From assembly GCA_052426225.1 (NCBI GenBank), contig JBNJNM010000007.1, forward strand, positions 62,001 to 126,000: a stretch of DNA of 64,000 nucleotides. The letters run 5' to 3'. The stretch's first letter is position 1; each line of letters begins with the position of its first letter. This stretch comes from Zancudomyces culisetae HAW-14-8 (Eukaryota > Fungi > Kickxellomycota). A model generated the notes under the pieces. It was not told the DNA's origin. It did no database searches and saw nothing but the letters and a program-made list of their open reading frames with translations. The position numbers and the translations under genes are program-made. Positions 36,366 through 48,431 of the stretch are shown piece by piece.

Positions 36366-39300
36366 TCATTTTTTGCCTCTCTTGAGAACATTTGCAAACT
36401 TAAAGAAGGAACTCTTTTTTGTTTTTGTTTTTTTTTCTTTATCTTCGTACTTTGTTTTATCAGCAGAACTAACATCAGTACTGCTTTTTTGCATATTATA
36501 AGCATCACTATGCAGCATGTAGGAGCCATCAAACTTCAACAGCGAGTCTATGTTTGGTGATTCCAATTTGAAGAGTTCGCTGCCTTCCGTATCATTTGTA
36601 TTGATTAGGATGCTAAAGATTTTACTGGGAGAACCACCAGTGGCCAAGCTTTCAGAAACATTTTTTGATTTGTATAGTGGTATATCAGTCTTGAGATTGT
36701 TTTCTAGAGCAATCCTCTGGATACTGCCGGGCAAGCCTCTTGTGGGCAAATCCTTATAAACGCTGTTGTGATGTTTTTCTTTAAAAAGACTCACAGCCTC
36801 CTCAGCGTTACTCCTAGAAATCCGGTTTCGGCTATAGCTCGTCGTCTGGTTATATCCAATATTTTCTCCTATATGTGGAAAATCATTGGTTCTGTTTTTA
36901 TCATGCATAGAGCCATCACCGTAACCCTCCGAATTTCCAGCATTTCCAAAATTTGAATAGCCACCAATTATTGCGTTTATATTCTCTGACATCCCCCCTT
37001 CCATACTATTTGTTTCAAGCAGTTTTCTAAAATCATGTATGGTCGAATAACGCGAACCCCGGCTCATTTTTTTTGAATAAACAGTGGTTGTTGCCGCTGT
37101 GGTTGCACCAAATTCGGGTTTCGCACTATCATCATCGCTGTGACCTTGATTTTGAGCTCCAAAAAACATGTCTTTCTGGTGTCCATACACACTGTTAAAG
37201 TAGTAGCTTTCCCACGAATTTTCCGAATTGATCGAATCTAATTTAGGTTTGCTTGCAGGCATATCTTGTGAATTAGAAATATAATCCGTAAAAATGTATT
37301 CCATGCTGTTAAGGTCAAGTTCATACATACCCTGTCGCTTGTGAAAGGAACTATATCTGTTTTTAGATGCGATTGAAGTTTTTTCTAGAATCTGCCACGA
37401 CTTTAAACTCGCACACTCATCGGTTTGACTACTAGTTGTTGTTGTCCGAGCTCCATCCCTTGCATTGTACAAACTTGTACCATCATTATCATTTTTCCGA
37501 CTGTACATTTGCTCATAGATATTGGTTTCTTCTAGCGCTATAGAAGTACGTGTTTCCGTATGATGTGCTGAATTATTATTTTTGTGCAAATCTTCTTGAC
37601 ATTCAGCGTCGTTGTATGAGAATTGATTGTAGAATGGCTGATATGAGTCTAGGTTCCGCATGCTCTTATCATTCTCTTTGAGCATAGAGTTGTTATTTTG
37701 GCTATTTGCCTCAATTATTTGACCTATAAGTCTTGCGGCTTCGGGTGTAAATCTTGTGGGATCATCCTCTACAAGCTCTCTATAGCCATCTGATGCCTCT
37801 GTGTCACGTTGTGCTTGTGCTTGTGTTTGTGTTTGTGTCTGTGTCTGTGTAATGTCAGATATACTCAGCTCCAGTGACTCCTTTGAAAGATTTACATACC
37901 CGCCCCTTAAGCGAGTAGGCTGTGATAGCTTGTCTTTTATTTCGTTTTCTAGATTCACTTTTAAAGGCTGACAAGTTAAAATGGTTTCTGGAGAATTGAC
38001 ATTGGTATAGTACATGATCTTACAAGCGCTCTCAGTCTCATCTTCATCGTCAGCTTCATTTTCGTCGTTTTCGTTATTATCTTTGTGAAAGTCGCCATTC
38101 TGAACCTTACTATTGATTGCGCCTGTACTCTCATTATCGGATAAGTCACTGACACTAGCTTTTAGAATATTATTTGGTTCTTCCTCATTTTCCCCAAATT
38201 TTGTGCTTTCCCGATTCTTAATACTGGCAGTCACTTCAGACATTCTGTTTATGAGCTCAACGCTTTCTAGATCACCAAAGTGAAGTGAAGAGGGGAGACC
38301 ATCAAACTTTGGCACCTTTGATGTTGAGCTAGATCTGTATAATGAGCTCATACGAATACGAGAATTTTTGTCTTTCTTGGAACCGTGTTTGACATCTTGG
38401 TGTTGAAGCATATCCCCAAAATGTCTGTTATCACCCAAGGCACCCAACTTTGCCAACCTATCACTACTTATGGTGTGACATCCCGATGAATAGAAAGTTT
38501 TGTCGCTATTTGTTGGCCTGTTTTGATTAGACATACGTGTTAGACCCATATCAGCACTAGTAACTGATTTTATATCACTATGAACTGTTGTATACTTTGA
38601 AAATATATTCGAAACACTTTTCTTTTTCATTTGGCTTTTAGAAAATTTGTGTTTCAAAGTTTGAACAAAATTCTTGGATTTTCGCACAATACTAGTGCTT
38701 TTGGATTTTTGTGAGTTTGTATTGAGGTTGACGGTCTGATGATATTCTATTCTATTCACAGGGTTGATTAATTTGTCAAAGCTATTGTTTAGTAGTATAT
38801 TATCGTATTCCCCTTCAAGTAGACTGTATTTGCTAAATGCCTGTGGGGACCTTAGAAGTTGGCTTTTAGAGCAGGAACTACTGGTCGGTGAGGAATTATC
38901 AAACATATCAATCAACGATCTCATTTTCTGCGACGTTTCTTTGTTTCTTCTGGTGCTTTTACTCGTCTCAAGAGGAAAATAGAAAGCACCGGCTTGTTGA
39001 AGCATATTTTCGTAACTTAGCTCCCCACTCCTGGGGATTTTCGTTGGTGTACCTAATGAATACAAATAATCTGGACTGCTCTCATTATACAAAAACTTAC
39101 TACTTACTCCAGCACTATGGTAGTTTTTAGAAGCTTCAGAGCCAAATTTAATATCAAATGGCTGGCTTTGGGTTGAAATAGTTAGTTTTATGTTTTTGCC
39201 ATGTGGTTTTTTAAGATAAGCAGGATTGGATGATTTTTTGCTTCCTCTACGAGTGTTGTAACGAAATTCATTTATACGCATCTGTGAAGAGTTCGCATCA

Positions 39301-42300
39301 ATCATGTTGATAGGCAAGCTTTTGTGCCTGGCTTTTTTAATAGGTGGAAATATGCCTGGGTAGGCCCAAGCTTTGTCAGAAAAACTCTCCATAAGGTGTA
39401 TCGTTTTCCTTCGGGAATAAATATCCATCGGGTGGTAGACATGGTTCTTTGCCGATGATAAATCCGAATGCTTAGATTCGAAAAACAGAGGCTTGTGTTT
39501 TTGGATATCTAGTGTTGACCCTATGTTTGTAAATAGCTGCTTTCCCTCATTTTCTTCCAAAGCCATGTTTGCCTTTTCAAGTTTATTCTGATTTTTGTTA
39601 TCATTAAAGAGAAACAAGCCTTCGGTGTTTACTGAACTTCCTCTCCTTCTTTGTATTATACCAAGTTCGGTAGCTAGACTCTGTGCTGTGGTCTTTTTAC
39701 CAGATGGCTTTCTCTTAAACATCGGCATGGTGGGGAGATCTTTACCTACCTCTTCATAAAAATTGTTTAGATATTCATCATAGGATTTATTCATGGCTCT
39801 GTTTTTGAAAAATTCATTACTGGAGTTTGCGGTAAAAGATTTTTTGGAGTTAAGCTGATTAATTATGTATGTAACAGAGGTTCTCGACATTTCGTTTCCT
39901 GACAATGCTTGCTGAACATTTCTTTTGTGGTTTTCTTCCATAAGGCTATTGTACTTTTCAATCGTCTCCATTACTTTTTTGCTTAATGTACGTTTTGACA
40001 TCCTTGATCGTGCAGATTCGGGTCGTACATCTTCATATTTGCGATTTTCATTTAAGTTTGCTGAGCTCTTAGAACGTCGACTGATTGCTACTTTTGGGAA
40101 CGAGTCTTGCGATCCATACTCATCTCCATCAGCATTCATATCAATGCTCTTGTTTGATGGATACTTGCTCACTGTGGGGCTTTTACGCAGCGGATTGTCC
40201 ATAGATCGACGTAATGAGGGTTCAGCTGGATCTTCTGATATTTTATGCAGGCATGAATCTGATGTATTAGAGTTCTGATCAAAAACTTTTTTGATTGACA
40301 TTCTACTTCTTGGGAGCACCTTAAATAATTGTATATCAACATTAGAGTCTGTTGAATCCTGATTATCATCATTGGTGAGGTCCTCACTATTGTTTATTTC
40401 GTTATTATTAAATAACTCTTTCAGAGGTAGTCTGTTCTCTGTGGTCAATCTACTGCCTGCAGAAAGTGAGTTGTACGCATGTAACTCATTTTGCGTCTTA
40501 ATATTGCTCAAATCCAAATTGGAATAACTCATAGACAGCATATTATTTTTGGAAACTCTTGCAGAATACAGAGTACGTGAGGGTGGTGGTCCCATAACGA
40601 GCTTGTTCTGGAGATCCGTTCTATTGTATACATCTCTACTGACATTTCTTCCCAATGATAGAACTATTGTCATGGGGGATGGAGCTTGGTAACTATCAGG
40701 TTTTCTTACTAAATCTTTAGTTTTGAGTTCAAGTATACCCCTTCCGTCACCTTTCTGCAAGTCTAACGAATTTCGAATAAAGGTTCTTTTTCTCAACTCC
40801 AATTTTTTAGAAGAGAGGGGATTTTTTTTTCCAAATTGGCTAATGTTTTCCACAGAAAATGAATGGTTGTAAGGTACAGGGCTATCAGGGCTAGTTTTCG
40901 GTGACCCCAACATAGCTTTGTCGTTAAAAGATCTGATTGGAACCGTCAAATCAATTTGATCTAAGTCTGCCTCTAACACAGTTGCCTTTTGGTGCTCACC
41001 ATCCAAGCGATGCTCTGAAGAATCAAGCACCTTTGGCCCTTTTCTGGCACCCAAACTCTTTTCTATGAAACAACGAACCTTCCTCAAACTTTTGTACGTA
41101 TAACTTTTTCGAACTTTCCTTGCCTTTGAACATTTATACTGGTAGTTGGAAAGCGAGTAGACAGGTACAATAGGAGTTCTTGTTATTGCTGACCGTTTAC
41201 TGTAATCTCGGTACTTCTTTGCTACTCTCATTCCAACAGTATTTAATTGTAGAGCACTTTCCTTATAAAAGTGGCTGTTAAGGACCATTTTAATTTGGGT
41301 GCTTCTTTTTGAGCATCTTGGGCGTATCGAGCGTCTTTCGACAATTTGACCCATACCATTTTTTTTATGCTTCTTGGTTGATGTATAGCTGTGTACGTTT
41401 AAGGTGATGACGTTTGTAGTGGGATTATAAATTGCATATAGATCATCCTCAACCCTTCTTCTAGTGGCCCTATAGGATTTCCTGTTTCTTTTTGGTTTTG
41501 CGCTTTCAGCAAAGTATTTTTTTGCTTTTTCTATTCTGGAATCATTATTCAAACTAGAATAGCCATTTTCAAAGCCATCTAGCTTATCTAATAATTTTTT
41601 ATTTTTCAGGAGTAGCGTATTTACCTCTTGAAGACTGTTATTCAATTTTTCTTTTGTGACTGTCAACTCATGCAGCAACTTAGAATAATAGTCGCCATCT
41701 TCCCGTATTTTTAACGCGGAAATAGATTCAGGTGCATTATTGTAAAATGGTACAAGTTTTTCATTACTATTCACATATGTCTGGTTTTTCACCAAACCAC
41801 CATCCATCCTGTGAATGTGTACATCCTCATTGGCGTCTAAATTGAGTATGGAGTTCTCATAAAGCCTTTTCTTCCCAAAACTAAAAGCCTTTGATCTTGG
41901 TAGACCATAATACCCCACTGCCTCTCTCAGTACAGAAATCTGGTGCTCCAACAAACTTTTCTTTAGAGCTATGGATCTTGTCAGTTTTTTTCTTAGTCCC
42001 TGCTCAATATTTGTTAAAAGCATGGCATTTTGCAACTTTGTTTCAATGTCTTTGGGGGATAGAGATCCAGCTTCGCTCTCTAGTGAGTTTTTGATTCTGC
42101 TCACCTTTGATGATAAATGAATTACTTCGTGGTCCGTTCTTTCAAGGTCCTTAAATCTACGGTATTCTTCTTTTGGGCTTAACATGATGTATGATGATGT
42201 TTCGGCAAGAATTCTCTTTACCATGGGTGTAAGCTCAGAGCTCGTGACTAAATTGTCTAATGAGTAATTGCTTATTGCTATAGTGCTTTGATTTCTTAGG

Positions 42301-42395
42301 AGCTGTGCCAAGGGTCGTGGGCTTATCATATTTTGTCCCGCTCCGTTAATTAGACCAGATCTTATGAGATCTAGGTCGTTTATTTCTTGATTCAT
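36366..42395 (-). CDS. Large, mostly disordered protein with an N-terminal coiled-coil, Uds1 ('up-regulated during septation')-like domain (2009 aa)
   Basis: Intronless 6-kb ORF. ILAETSSYIMLSPKEE...KKSLLEHQISVL resembles the two conserved ends of the Uds1 domain. The rest is S/N/K-rich low complexity. The ORF is certainly coding; the domain call is tentative. Confidence 0.7.
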   Translation of the reverse strand: MNQEINDLDLIRSGLINGAGQNMISPRPLAQLLRNQSTIAISNYSLDNLVTSSELTPMVKRILAETSSYIMLSPKEEYRRFKDLERTDHEVIHLSSKVSRIKNSLESEAGSLSPKDIETKLQNAMLLTNIEQGLRKKLTRSIALKKSLLEHQISVLREAVGYYGLPRSKAFSFGKKRLYENSILNLDANEDVHIHRMDGGLVKNQTYVNSNEKLVPFYNNAPESISALKIREDGDYYSKLLHELTVTKEKLNNSLQEVNTLLLKNKKLLDKLDGFENGYSSLNNDSRIEKAKKYFAESAKPKRNRKSYRATRRRVEDDLYAIYNPTTNVITLNVHSYTSTKKHKKNGMGQIVERRSIRPRCSKRSTQIKMVLNSHFYKESALQLNTVGMRVAKKYRDYSKRSAITRTPIVPVYSLSNYQYKCSKARKVRKSYTYKSLRKVRCFIEKSLGARKGPKVLDSSEHRLDGEHQKATVLEADLDQIDLTVPIRSFNDKAMLGSPKTSPDSPVPYNHSFSVENISQFGKKNPLSSKKLELRKRTFIRNSLDLQKGDGRGILELKTKDLVRKPDSYQAPSPMTIVLSLGRNVSRDVYNRTDLQNKLVMGPPPSRTLYSARVSKNNMLSMSYSNLDLSNIKTQNELHAYNSLSAGSRLTTENRLPLKELFNNNEINNSEDLTNDDNQDSTDSNVDIQLFKVLPRSRMSIKKVFDQNSNTSDSCLHKISEDPAEPSLRRSMDNPLRKSPTVSKYPSNKSIDMNADGDEYGSQDSFPKVAISRRSKSSANLNENRKYEDVRPESARSRMSKRTLSKKVMETIEKYNSLMEENHKRNVQQALSGNEMSRTSVTYIINQLNSKKSFTANSSNEFFKNRAMNKSYDEYLNNFYEEVGKDLPTMPMFKRKPSGKKTTAQSLATELGIIQRRRGSSVNTEGLFLFNDNKNQNKLEKANMALEENEGKQLFTNIGSTLDIQKHKPLFFESKHSDLSSAKNHVYHPMDIYSRRKTIHLMESFSDKAWAYPGIFPPIKKARHKSLPINMIDANSSQMRINEFRYNTRRGSKKSSNPAYLKKPHGKNIKLTISTQSQPFDIKFGSEASKNYHSAGVSSKFLYNESSPDYLYSLGTPTKIPRSGELSYENMLQQAGAFYFPLETSKSTRRNKETSQKMRSLIDMFDNSSPTSSSCSKSQLLRSPQAFSKYSLLEGEYDNILLNNSFDKLINPVNRIEYHQTVNLNTNSQKSKSTSIVRKSKNFVQTLKHKFSKSQMKKKSVSNIFSKYTTVHSDIKSVTSADMGLTRMSNQNRPTNSDKTFYSSGCHTISSDRLAKLGALGDNRHFGDMLQHQDVKHGSKKDKNSRIRMSSLYRSSSTSKVPKFDGLPSSLHFGDLESVELINRMSEVTASIKNRESTKFGENEEEPNNILKASVSDLSDNESTGAINSKVQNGDFHKDNNENDENEADDEDETESACKIMYYTNVNSPETILTCQPLKVNLENEIKDKLSQPTRLRGGYVNLSKESLELSISDITQTQTQTQTQAQAQRDTEASDGYRELVEDDPTRFTPEAARLIGQIIEANSQNNNSMLKENDKSMRNLDSYQPFYNQFSYNDAECQEDLHKNNNSAHHTETRTSIALEETNIYEQMYSRKNDNDGTSLYNARDGARTTTTSSQTDECASLKSWQILEKTSIASKNRYSSFHKRQGMYELDLNSMEYIFTDYISNSQDMPASKPKLDSINSENSWESYYFNSVYGHQKDMFFGAQNQGHSDDDSAKPEFGATTAATTTVYSKKMSRGSRYSTIHDFRKLLETNSMEGGMSENINAIIGGYSNFGNAGNSEGYGDGSMHDKNRTNDFPHIGENIGYNQTTSYSRNRISRSNAEEAVSLFKEKHHNSVYKDLPTRGLPGSIQRIALENNLKTDIPLYKSKNVSESLATGGSPSKIFSILINTNDTEGSELFKLESPNIDSLLKFDGSYMLHSDAYNMQKSSTDVSSADKTKYEDKEKKTKTKKSSFFKFANVLKRGKK

Positions 42396-45300
42396 TGTTG
42401 GGTTGTATATGTGGTTATCGCCTATAAAAGCACCTTGAAAGTGCTTTCAAATTGAGTATACCTGTTTTTTTGTGTGTGCTGAAAATGTTTTTTTATTGTT
42501 GATCTTTAATATCTTACTTTAATGCTTTTGTGCAAACTTGATATGATGCATTGCTCTAGTGTTTCATTTTTTTTTCTCTTGTGCCTTCCCAGCTTCTTTT
42601 ACTTTTGTCTTTTCCTCCTCCCTTGGGTCACTTTCTTTCTTTCTTTTCTCTCCTCTATTTGAAACAACTATCAAAATTGCCTAGCTGTATAGTTGTTTGC
42701 AAAAAACTATACCTTGAACTAGCTTTAGTTTTATTTATTTTTGTTATTATTTAGTTGAAAGGGAGCGCGTCTCTTTCTTTATAACATAAACTAAACCAAA
42801 TGAACTTGAATTAGAGAAAACCAAAATATAGTGAAACCAACATCACAGTGTAATGATACAAAAGTTGAAAATGTGGATGGAGACAAATCGACGCTAGAAA
42901 TATTTGGGCCTTATTTAAATATAGATTTACCAAAAGCTCGTTTATTACGTACAGATTTAAAATTTAACGTAAAAACAAGACTTTTTTTACGTTAAATGAC
43001 ATGTAGGTTTCGGCATACGGACAAGCTGTGGTTTTCCTGAACAGCAGTGCTTTGCCGGTTGTAGAAAAATTTTTTTTGTATTAGGTTGAATGGTCAAAAA
43101 CAAAATTCAATGCTGCCTGCAGGGAACGGAATAGGAAATATTGCAAACGCGAGTTGATTTAGTGGTAACTCACTTATTCAATGTGACTATAATTCAAAAT
43201 AGTTTTTTTCTTCTTTTTATGATTTATGTAGTTGATTTAAATTTACGCAAATAATTTAATGAGGTTAAAGTAACATTGGCTGCAAAACATGCTTTTAATT
43301 GGTGTTTTATTTAGATTTTCCACTTTGTTTTTTACCTTTGTGTAAACTTAACATGGCCTCGACTATAGTTTGATTTATGTAAAATCGTTGTACATTTGCA
43401 AATTGCTAGTATTTTTTATCTTCTTAACCCTAAACCTTAAGCACCAAAAATAACTAGTACGAGTGCTATTATTTCAGAGCAACTGGTAAATCATTATTTA
43501 CATAATGTGGAACTGGTATTCGTTTTACAGATTCTTAATAGAGCCGTTTCCCAGCACTTTGTACACGCTTTGTTTGGCTATAACACGGGTTAAAGTATGA
43601 GTTTTGTAAAATTAGTACTATAACTATAATGATTTGCTCTAGCTTTTTATTTTTCGGATTCTTTGGTTTTGCACGTTTAAAATGGAAAACTCAAATGATG
43701 AATAGAAGAGCTTTTTACTAAGGAATTGGTTTATAATTTGCTAAACCACATGTTATGGCTAAACCCGATGAAGGTGGTTATGTATTCGCTATTACTTTTG
43801 TTCTGTTTATTTTTCTACAAGCTGTATATTTCGAACTTTCACAAAATGTCAGAAAAATCAGGGTTCATTAATACCTACCTAAACCGCGCCTGATTTCCTC
43901 ATTAACCAACAGCATACAGGTACCAGTGATATATTGTAATAGATGGTCTTTTCCTGTAATGGTTTCGCTTGCTTTCATGACCAGCATGGAAAAAGTGCAA
44001 AAAAGTTGTGCAACATTACCGTTTTTTAAGCCTTAAACATATACTCCTTGACCTAGTAAGCACAAATGTACGCTATTGAGAGTTTTAGATACATTGTTCA
44101 AAATGAATGAGATCTTTTTAACATGGTAAACAAATAGAATATGATCTCTAGACTAGGTTCGTGGTCAAAATGTAAAATTCAGAACTACAAACAGCATTTC
44201 CACCTCGCAAACAACTTTGGGATATTGCGAGAAAAAGTAAAAAGCAGAACCCTTCTAGAGTATAATGGTGGCGCTACTTTGTTTTCCATTTAATAATCGC
44301 CATACAAATGAGGACTCATGATGGTAATATTTGATCATAATTTTAGAAATTACATTCAATGACCACCAGGTTGTGAGTAGCAGAAATTTGATCACTACTT
44401 TGATTCTATTGGGAAATTCGTCTCAACATTCACTATTTTTATGTTGTACATGATGTCAACAAAAACAATAAAATGTAATGGTGGTTGTAGTGGTTAAATT
44501 GTAAAAGTTGTGTCTTTGCTGCTAGAGTCAACAAATCTCTTGTCAGTTCATAGGAAATTCAACGATATTAATGTTTTTAGTATAGTGGGCTTTTCTCGTG
44601 TTCCTCCCACTATGTCTCCCCAACGCGCTTTTGGCGTATACTTACAAGTTTACTCAATTTGTTTACCTATCATTAAACTTTCAATCAATACAATTACACG
44701 TTGCTTTATTAATTTTTAAATGTTCATTTTTGGTTTAATAGTCACTAAATGATGTTTAAGAGATAATTTGTGCCAATCTCGAATTACAAGTATGATCTTC
44801 ATTAAAAACGCATATTTAATACATTAACAGTAGGTATCACTTAAGGTTGCAAACCTGACCGAAATTCTATAAAAAAAAAGCACTGACTTCAGAACGAATT
44901 TTTGGAGCTATGGTTTTCTTCAATAGTAACAGTACGAGTTTTTTCAATATTGCATCATGGTTCGTTTGGCCTGCTCATCCGGTTATTGATTGATGAGGTA
45001 GATGAACCTTATTCACAAAATTTACCGCTTTTAAATGCTGCTTTAACATATGTTACTTGTTATTCTGTCCTTTTGGAGGATATGTATTCTCAGAAATTCA
45101 AAATGGTAAATAAAAAATATATACCATGATTTATAAACTATGCTGTACTTAATGCTACCAAGTTAATAAATCTGGATAATTCGTTTTTGAAAATCGCATA
45201 TATTATAAGTACACTAAAATGGGCAGACATGCGCCTGGGATAAGTAGAGATAAAGGAAAATCACGAGCAGAAAAGTTTATTATGTGTAAACCCATGACTT

Positions 45301-46769
45301 TAGCCAGTCCGTGGGTTTGGAGTGTTCCTTTATTTTGAAGATATATCCTATAATATTGTTAATGGTGAATGTGTTAGGCATTTTTTAACAGCAAAACACA
45401 GAGAAAGTTGGAAAATACTCCTAGTTCCTTTCTAATACACACAGTTTAGTGTGTGGCAATAGTTACTAACTTTTTGTTTTTTCTCAATAGATCGAAGCAT
45501 AGATGGCTGGGAAAACGTTTTATTGGTGGTAGAACACAAAGAAAAAAGGGAAAGATATTACAATGGAGGCTATAGTTGTAGCGATGATAGCGGGCGTAAA
45601 TTAATAAAGTAGTTTCACAACCATTTTAAAATAAAACCCTTTTGGGAAAAAAAGAGAAGGGACATTGTTCACAACACACATTCTGGTAAGTTGCAGCATA
45701 GCTCCACCAAAACTAATAGCAAAAAGTGGGTATACACCAAAGACGTTTTTTTTTCACCGATTATGCATACCAGCTCGCCATTTTTAGAGCCACTATATTT
45801 GTTTGTCTTTCAATTTTACTTTAAGCACAGTCAACTGACTTGTTTATGAAATAAGGCCAGATTCACCTTGAAAATTTACATTTAATTGATGTTACAAGTA
45901 GTGTTCACTTAAGAAATTACATTCATACACATGCCCTCTTTTAACGTAGTATCTCTTACAAAAACAAATATTGAAAATCTCCATTTACAGTTGATTAATA
46001 TATTATTAACAAATTAATATTTGAATAAAGGCACCAATAGTGGAGGCAAGTATGGCTAAATTGCCTATATATGACAACGCCGTTAAATTTTTTAAGGAAC
46101 AAAGAAAAGGATGGGGCAGAAAAGAAGGTTAATTGCAAGTGCTTTTCATCAACAATTAGTTTGTGTCAAACATTATTGAGTGAAGATAAAGCATCGAATT
46201 ACAATTACGGAAAAATATTGAGTTTTTAATTCACTTGCTCATCAGTTTTATTGAGATTCAAAACCCCATTGGGTGTGACAGGAATTAAGAGTCATTTGTT
46301 TTCCCCTAATAAACACAAATATATCAATTAATATTTCTTTTCTCAGACTAGTAACAATCTTAACTGCCATTAGTTTGCTGAGTTTTATTTCGTTTTGCTA
46401 TTTTTGGGTAAAAAAAGCTTTCTTCACTAAATATGAAAAACAATTATAAATATTCACGCCACTACCCGGGACTTGCATCTATTTTACCATAGTTTTGTTT
46501 TCGAGCTTTTTTTCATTTTACCAGAGCAGGAGGAGGAGCAGTATTTTAAAACCACATAAGGACAAGGTACCAAAAGTAGCCTGCTGCAAGCTAAAGAATG
46601 TGAATGCTTTGCTGCAACAAAAAGTTAACCACACTGTGCTTTCTCGCTTAAAAGCCAATAGAGGATCAGGCTTTAAGAGGCCAGTATTAAATAAATCTCT
46701 AGTTTATAAGTAAATATATACAACCATAAAGCTGATGGCAAGGTGTGTAAAGTATTGTAAAATAAAACA

Positions 46770-46818
46770 AAACAGAACAAAAGCAGAACAAAAGCAGAAA
46801 AAAAGCAGAAAAAAACAA
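46770..46818. repeat. Short tandem repeat of ~11-nt unit AAAAGCAGAA(C/A), just 3' of HPM1
   Basis: aacagaacaaaagcagaacaaaagcagaaaaaaagcagaaaaaaacaa read directly from the sequence. Confidence 0.6.
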
Positions 46819-46826
46819 AAGTACAG

Positions 46827-48431
46827 CTACTTCCAAGTTAGCTTTAAAATCTCTCTATTAACGCCATAGGTGGATTTCCAAACAACCTCGACCTTCATTT
46901 CATCAAAAGTTTCGAGCAACGTTTTAAAGGAGTATATGCTCCCATCAAGCCCAAAATATACAGACTTGGCAGCCACATACGCTGCAGGTACATGGCCGTT
47001 CAAATTAGTGTCGTTACTACCCTGTTTCTTGAGCGAGTTTTTGATACACTCGTATAAGGACATATGAGTACTGGTTTCATAAATCGTTTCACTAGTAAAG
47101 ATCATGTCATAGGAATTGGGATTTTCACGAGCGATATTAGACGAATATTCAGACCAGCTCCCAGAGAAGAACTTTACTCTGGATGAAAGAGGAGCCGAGG
47201 TCCCCTTTGAGTTTGCAAAAGGCGAGTTAAGAATAATTGCATCAGCCTGTGTGACCTCGTCTTCTGAAAGCTCATAAACTTCGTCACCACCCTTTTTTTT
47301 ATCCACATCTTCACTCTTACTGTATAAGAGATGGCCCCTGAATTCATCCAAATCAATTTCGCACTCACCCGCGGATTGAACGAGATATCCTTTTTTTAAA
47401 AATAAATAAATTACATGAGTGCAACGTTTTACTTTAGATTCTACTCAGTCATTTAACAAATTAAACAATGTGCTTTTCGTGTACTTACCCTCTTCATCAA
47501 ATGTATTCTCGGTACTACATCTTTCACAGGCAGCACTTTGCAAAGCGGTATTTAATAAAACGTTTGGTATGGTTATCAGCTGGATCACATCGCTATTATA
47601 GTCCTGCATATGCACTGTGGATTTTGATGTGTTCAAAAGAACATGAAGCGACGGCAAAGCAGATCCACAGCCGAGTTCCAACACCTTAAGGTTTTCTAAC
47701 TGCTCGTTAGTAAAGTTTTCATCCAAATAATTTATTAAGTCAATTGAACACTCCCATGTTTTGAACCCACCTGTTTATAATAATTTATTAAAGGCATTTT
47801 TATTCGGTTTAGTGTGATTCTTTATATTTTTAAAAAAATAGTATTTGTTTGTGAATACCTTCGTATGAACCCTTAACAATATCCGTCTCGCTTTTTATAC
47901 CAACTAAGACATCGTATACTCCAGTCTTGGGCTTCTCTGAAGAAGCAGCTGTTGATACCTGCTCGTTATCCAAGTCCATGGTAGTTTGATCGTTTTGTTG
48001 AGATGTATTTTCGTCCTGTAGAACCTGAAGTTTTGCATCATATATCTGACGTTTGAATATACATTTTTGGTTTGAACTATTGTACTTTATTCTTGAAGCC
48101 ACAAGAGTGTTAAAGCCCTATTTTGGTTTAATGCATCATCCCATTTTAGAAATCAAATGAAAAACATTCTGCTCTACACTCTTATCTTTTAAAGACTAAT
48201 ACCTTTAAATTAATGTGATGCTCTAATAACGGTTCGATGTAAATATCGTTTCCATTCTCATTTTGGATTCCAAAGCTGCGCCCTGGTGCTGACGGAGCGC
48301 TCTCCATACATTCATCCTCGGGCTATTTATTGTTGTATCTTTTTCTGTTAGCTTGAAGGCAGCTTTTTAAGTAAAGCATCCTACTTTTATAAATGTAGTC
48401 TTTTACTTACCTGAAAGTTAAAACTAAACAT
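46827..48431 (-). CDS. HPM1: Histidine protein methyltransferase Hpm1/METTL18 (414 aa, 5 exons)
   Basis: Exons 48431-48411 (MFSFNFQ), 48322-48203, 48117-47859, 47770-47489 and 47389-46827, all phase-compatible. Spliced signature YEG|GFKTWECSIDL, VLELGCGSALP, QDYNSDV, FFSGSW, IFTSETIY, YVAAKSVYFG, VNREIL. Confidence 0.93.

Noticed and set aside
43695-43893. Possible box C/D snoRNA (ATGATGA ... CTGA)
   Set aside because: The boxes are ~190 nt apart, with no terminal stem and no rRNA-complementary guide that I could recognise.
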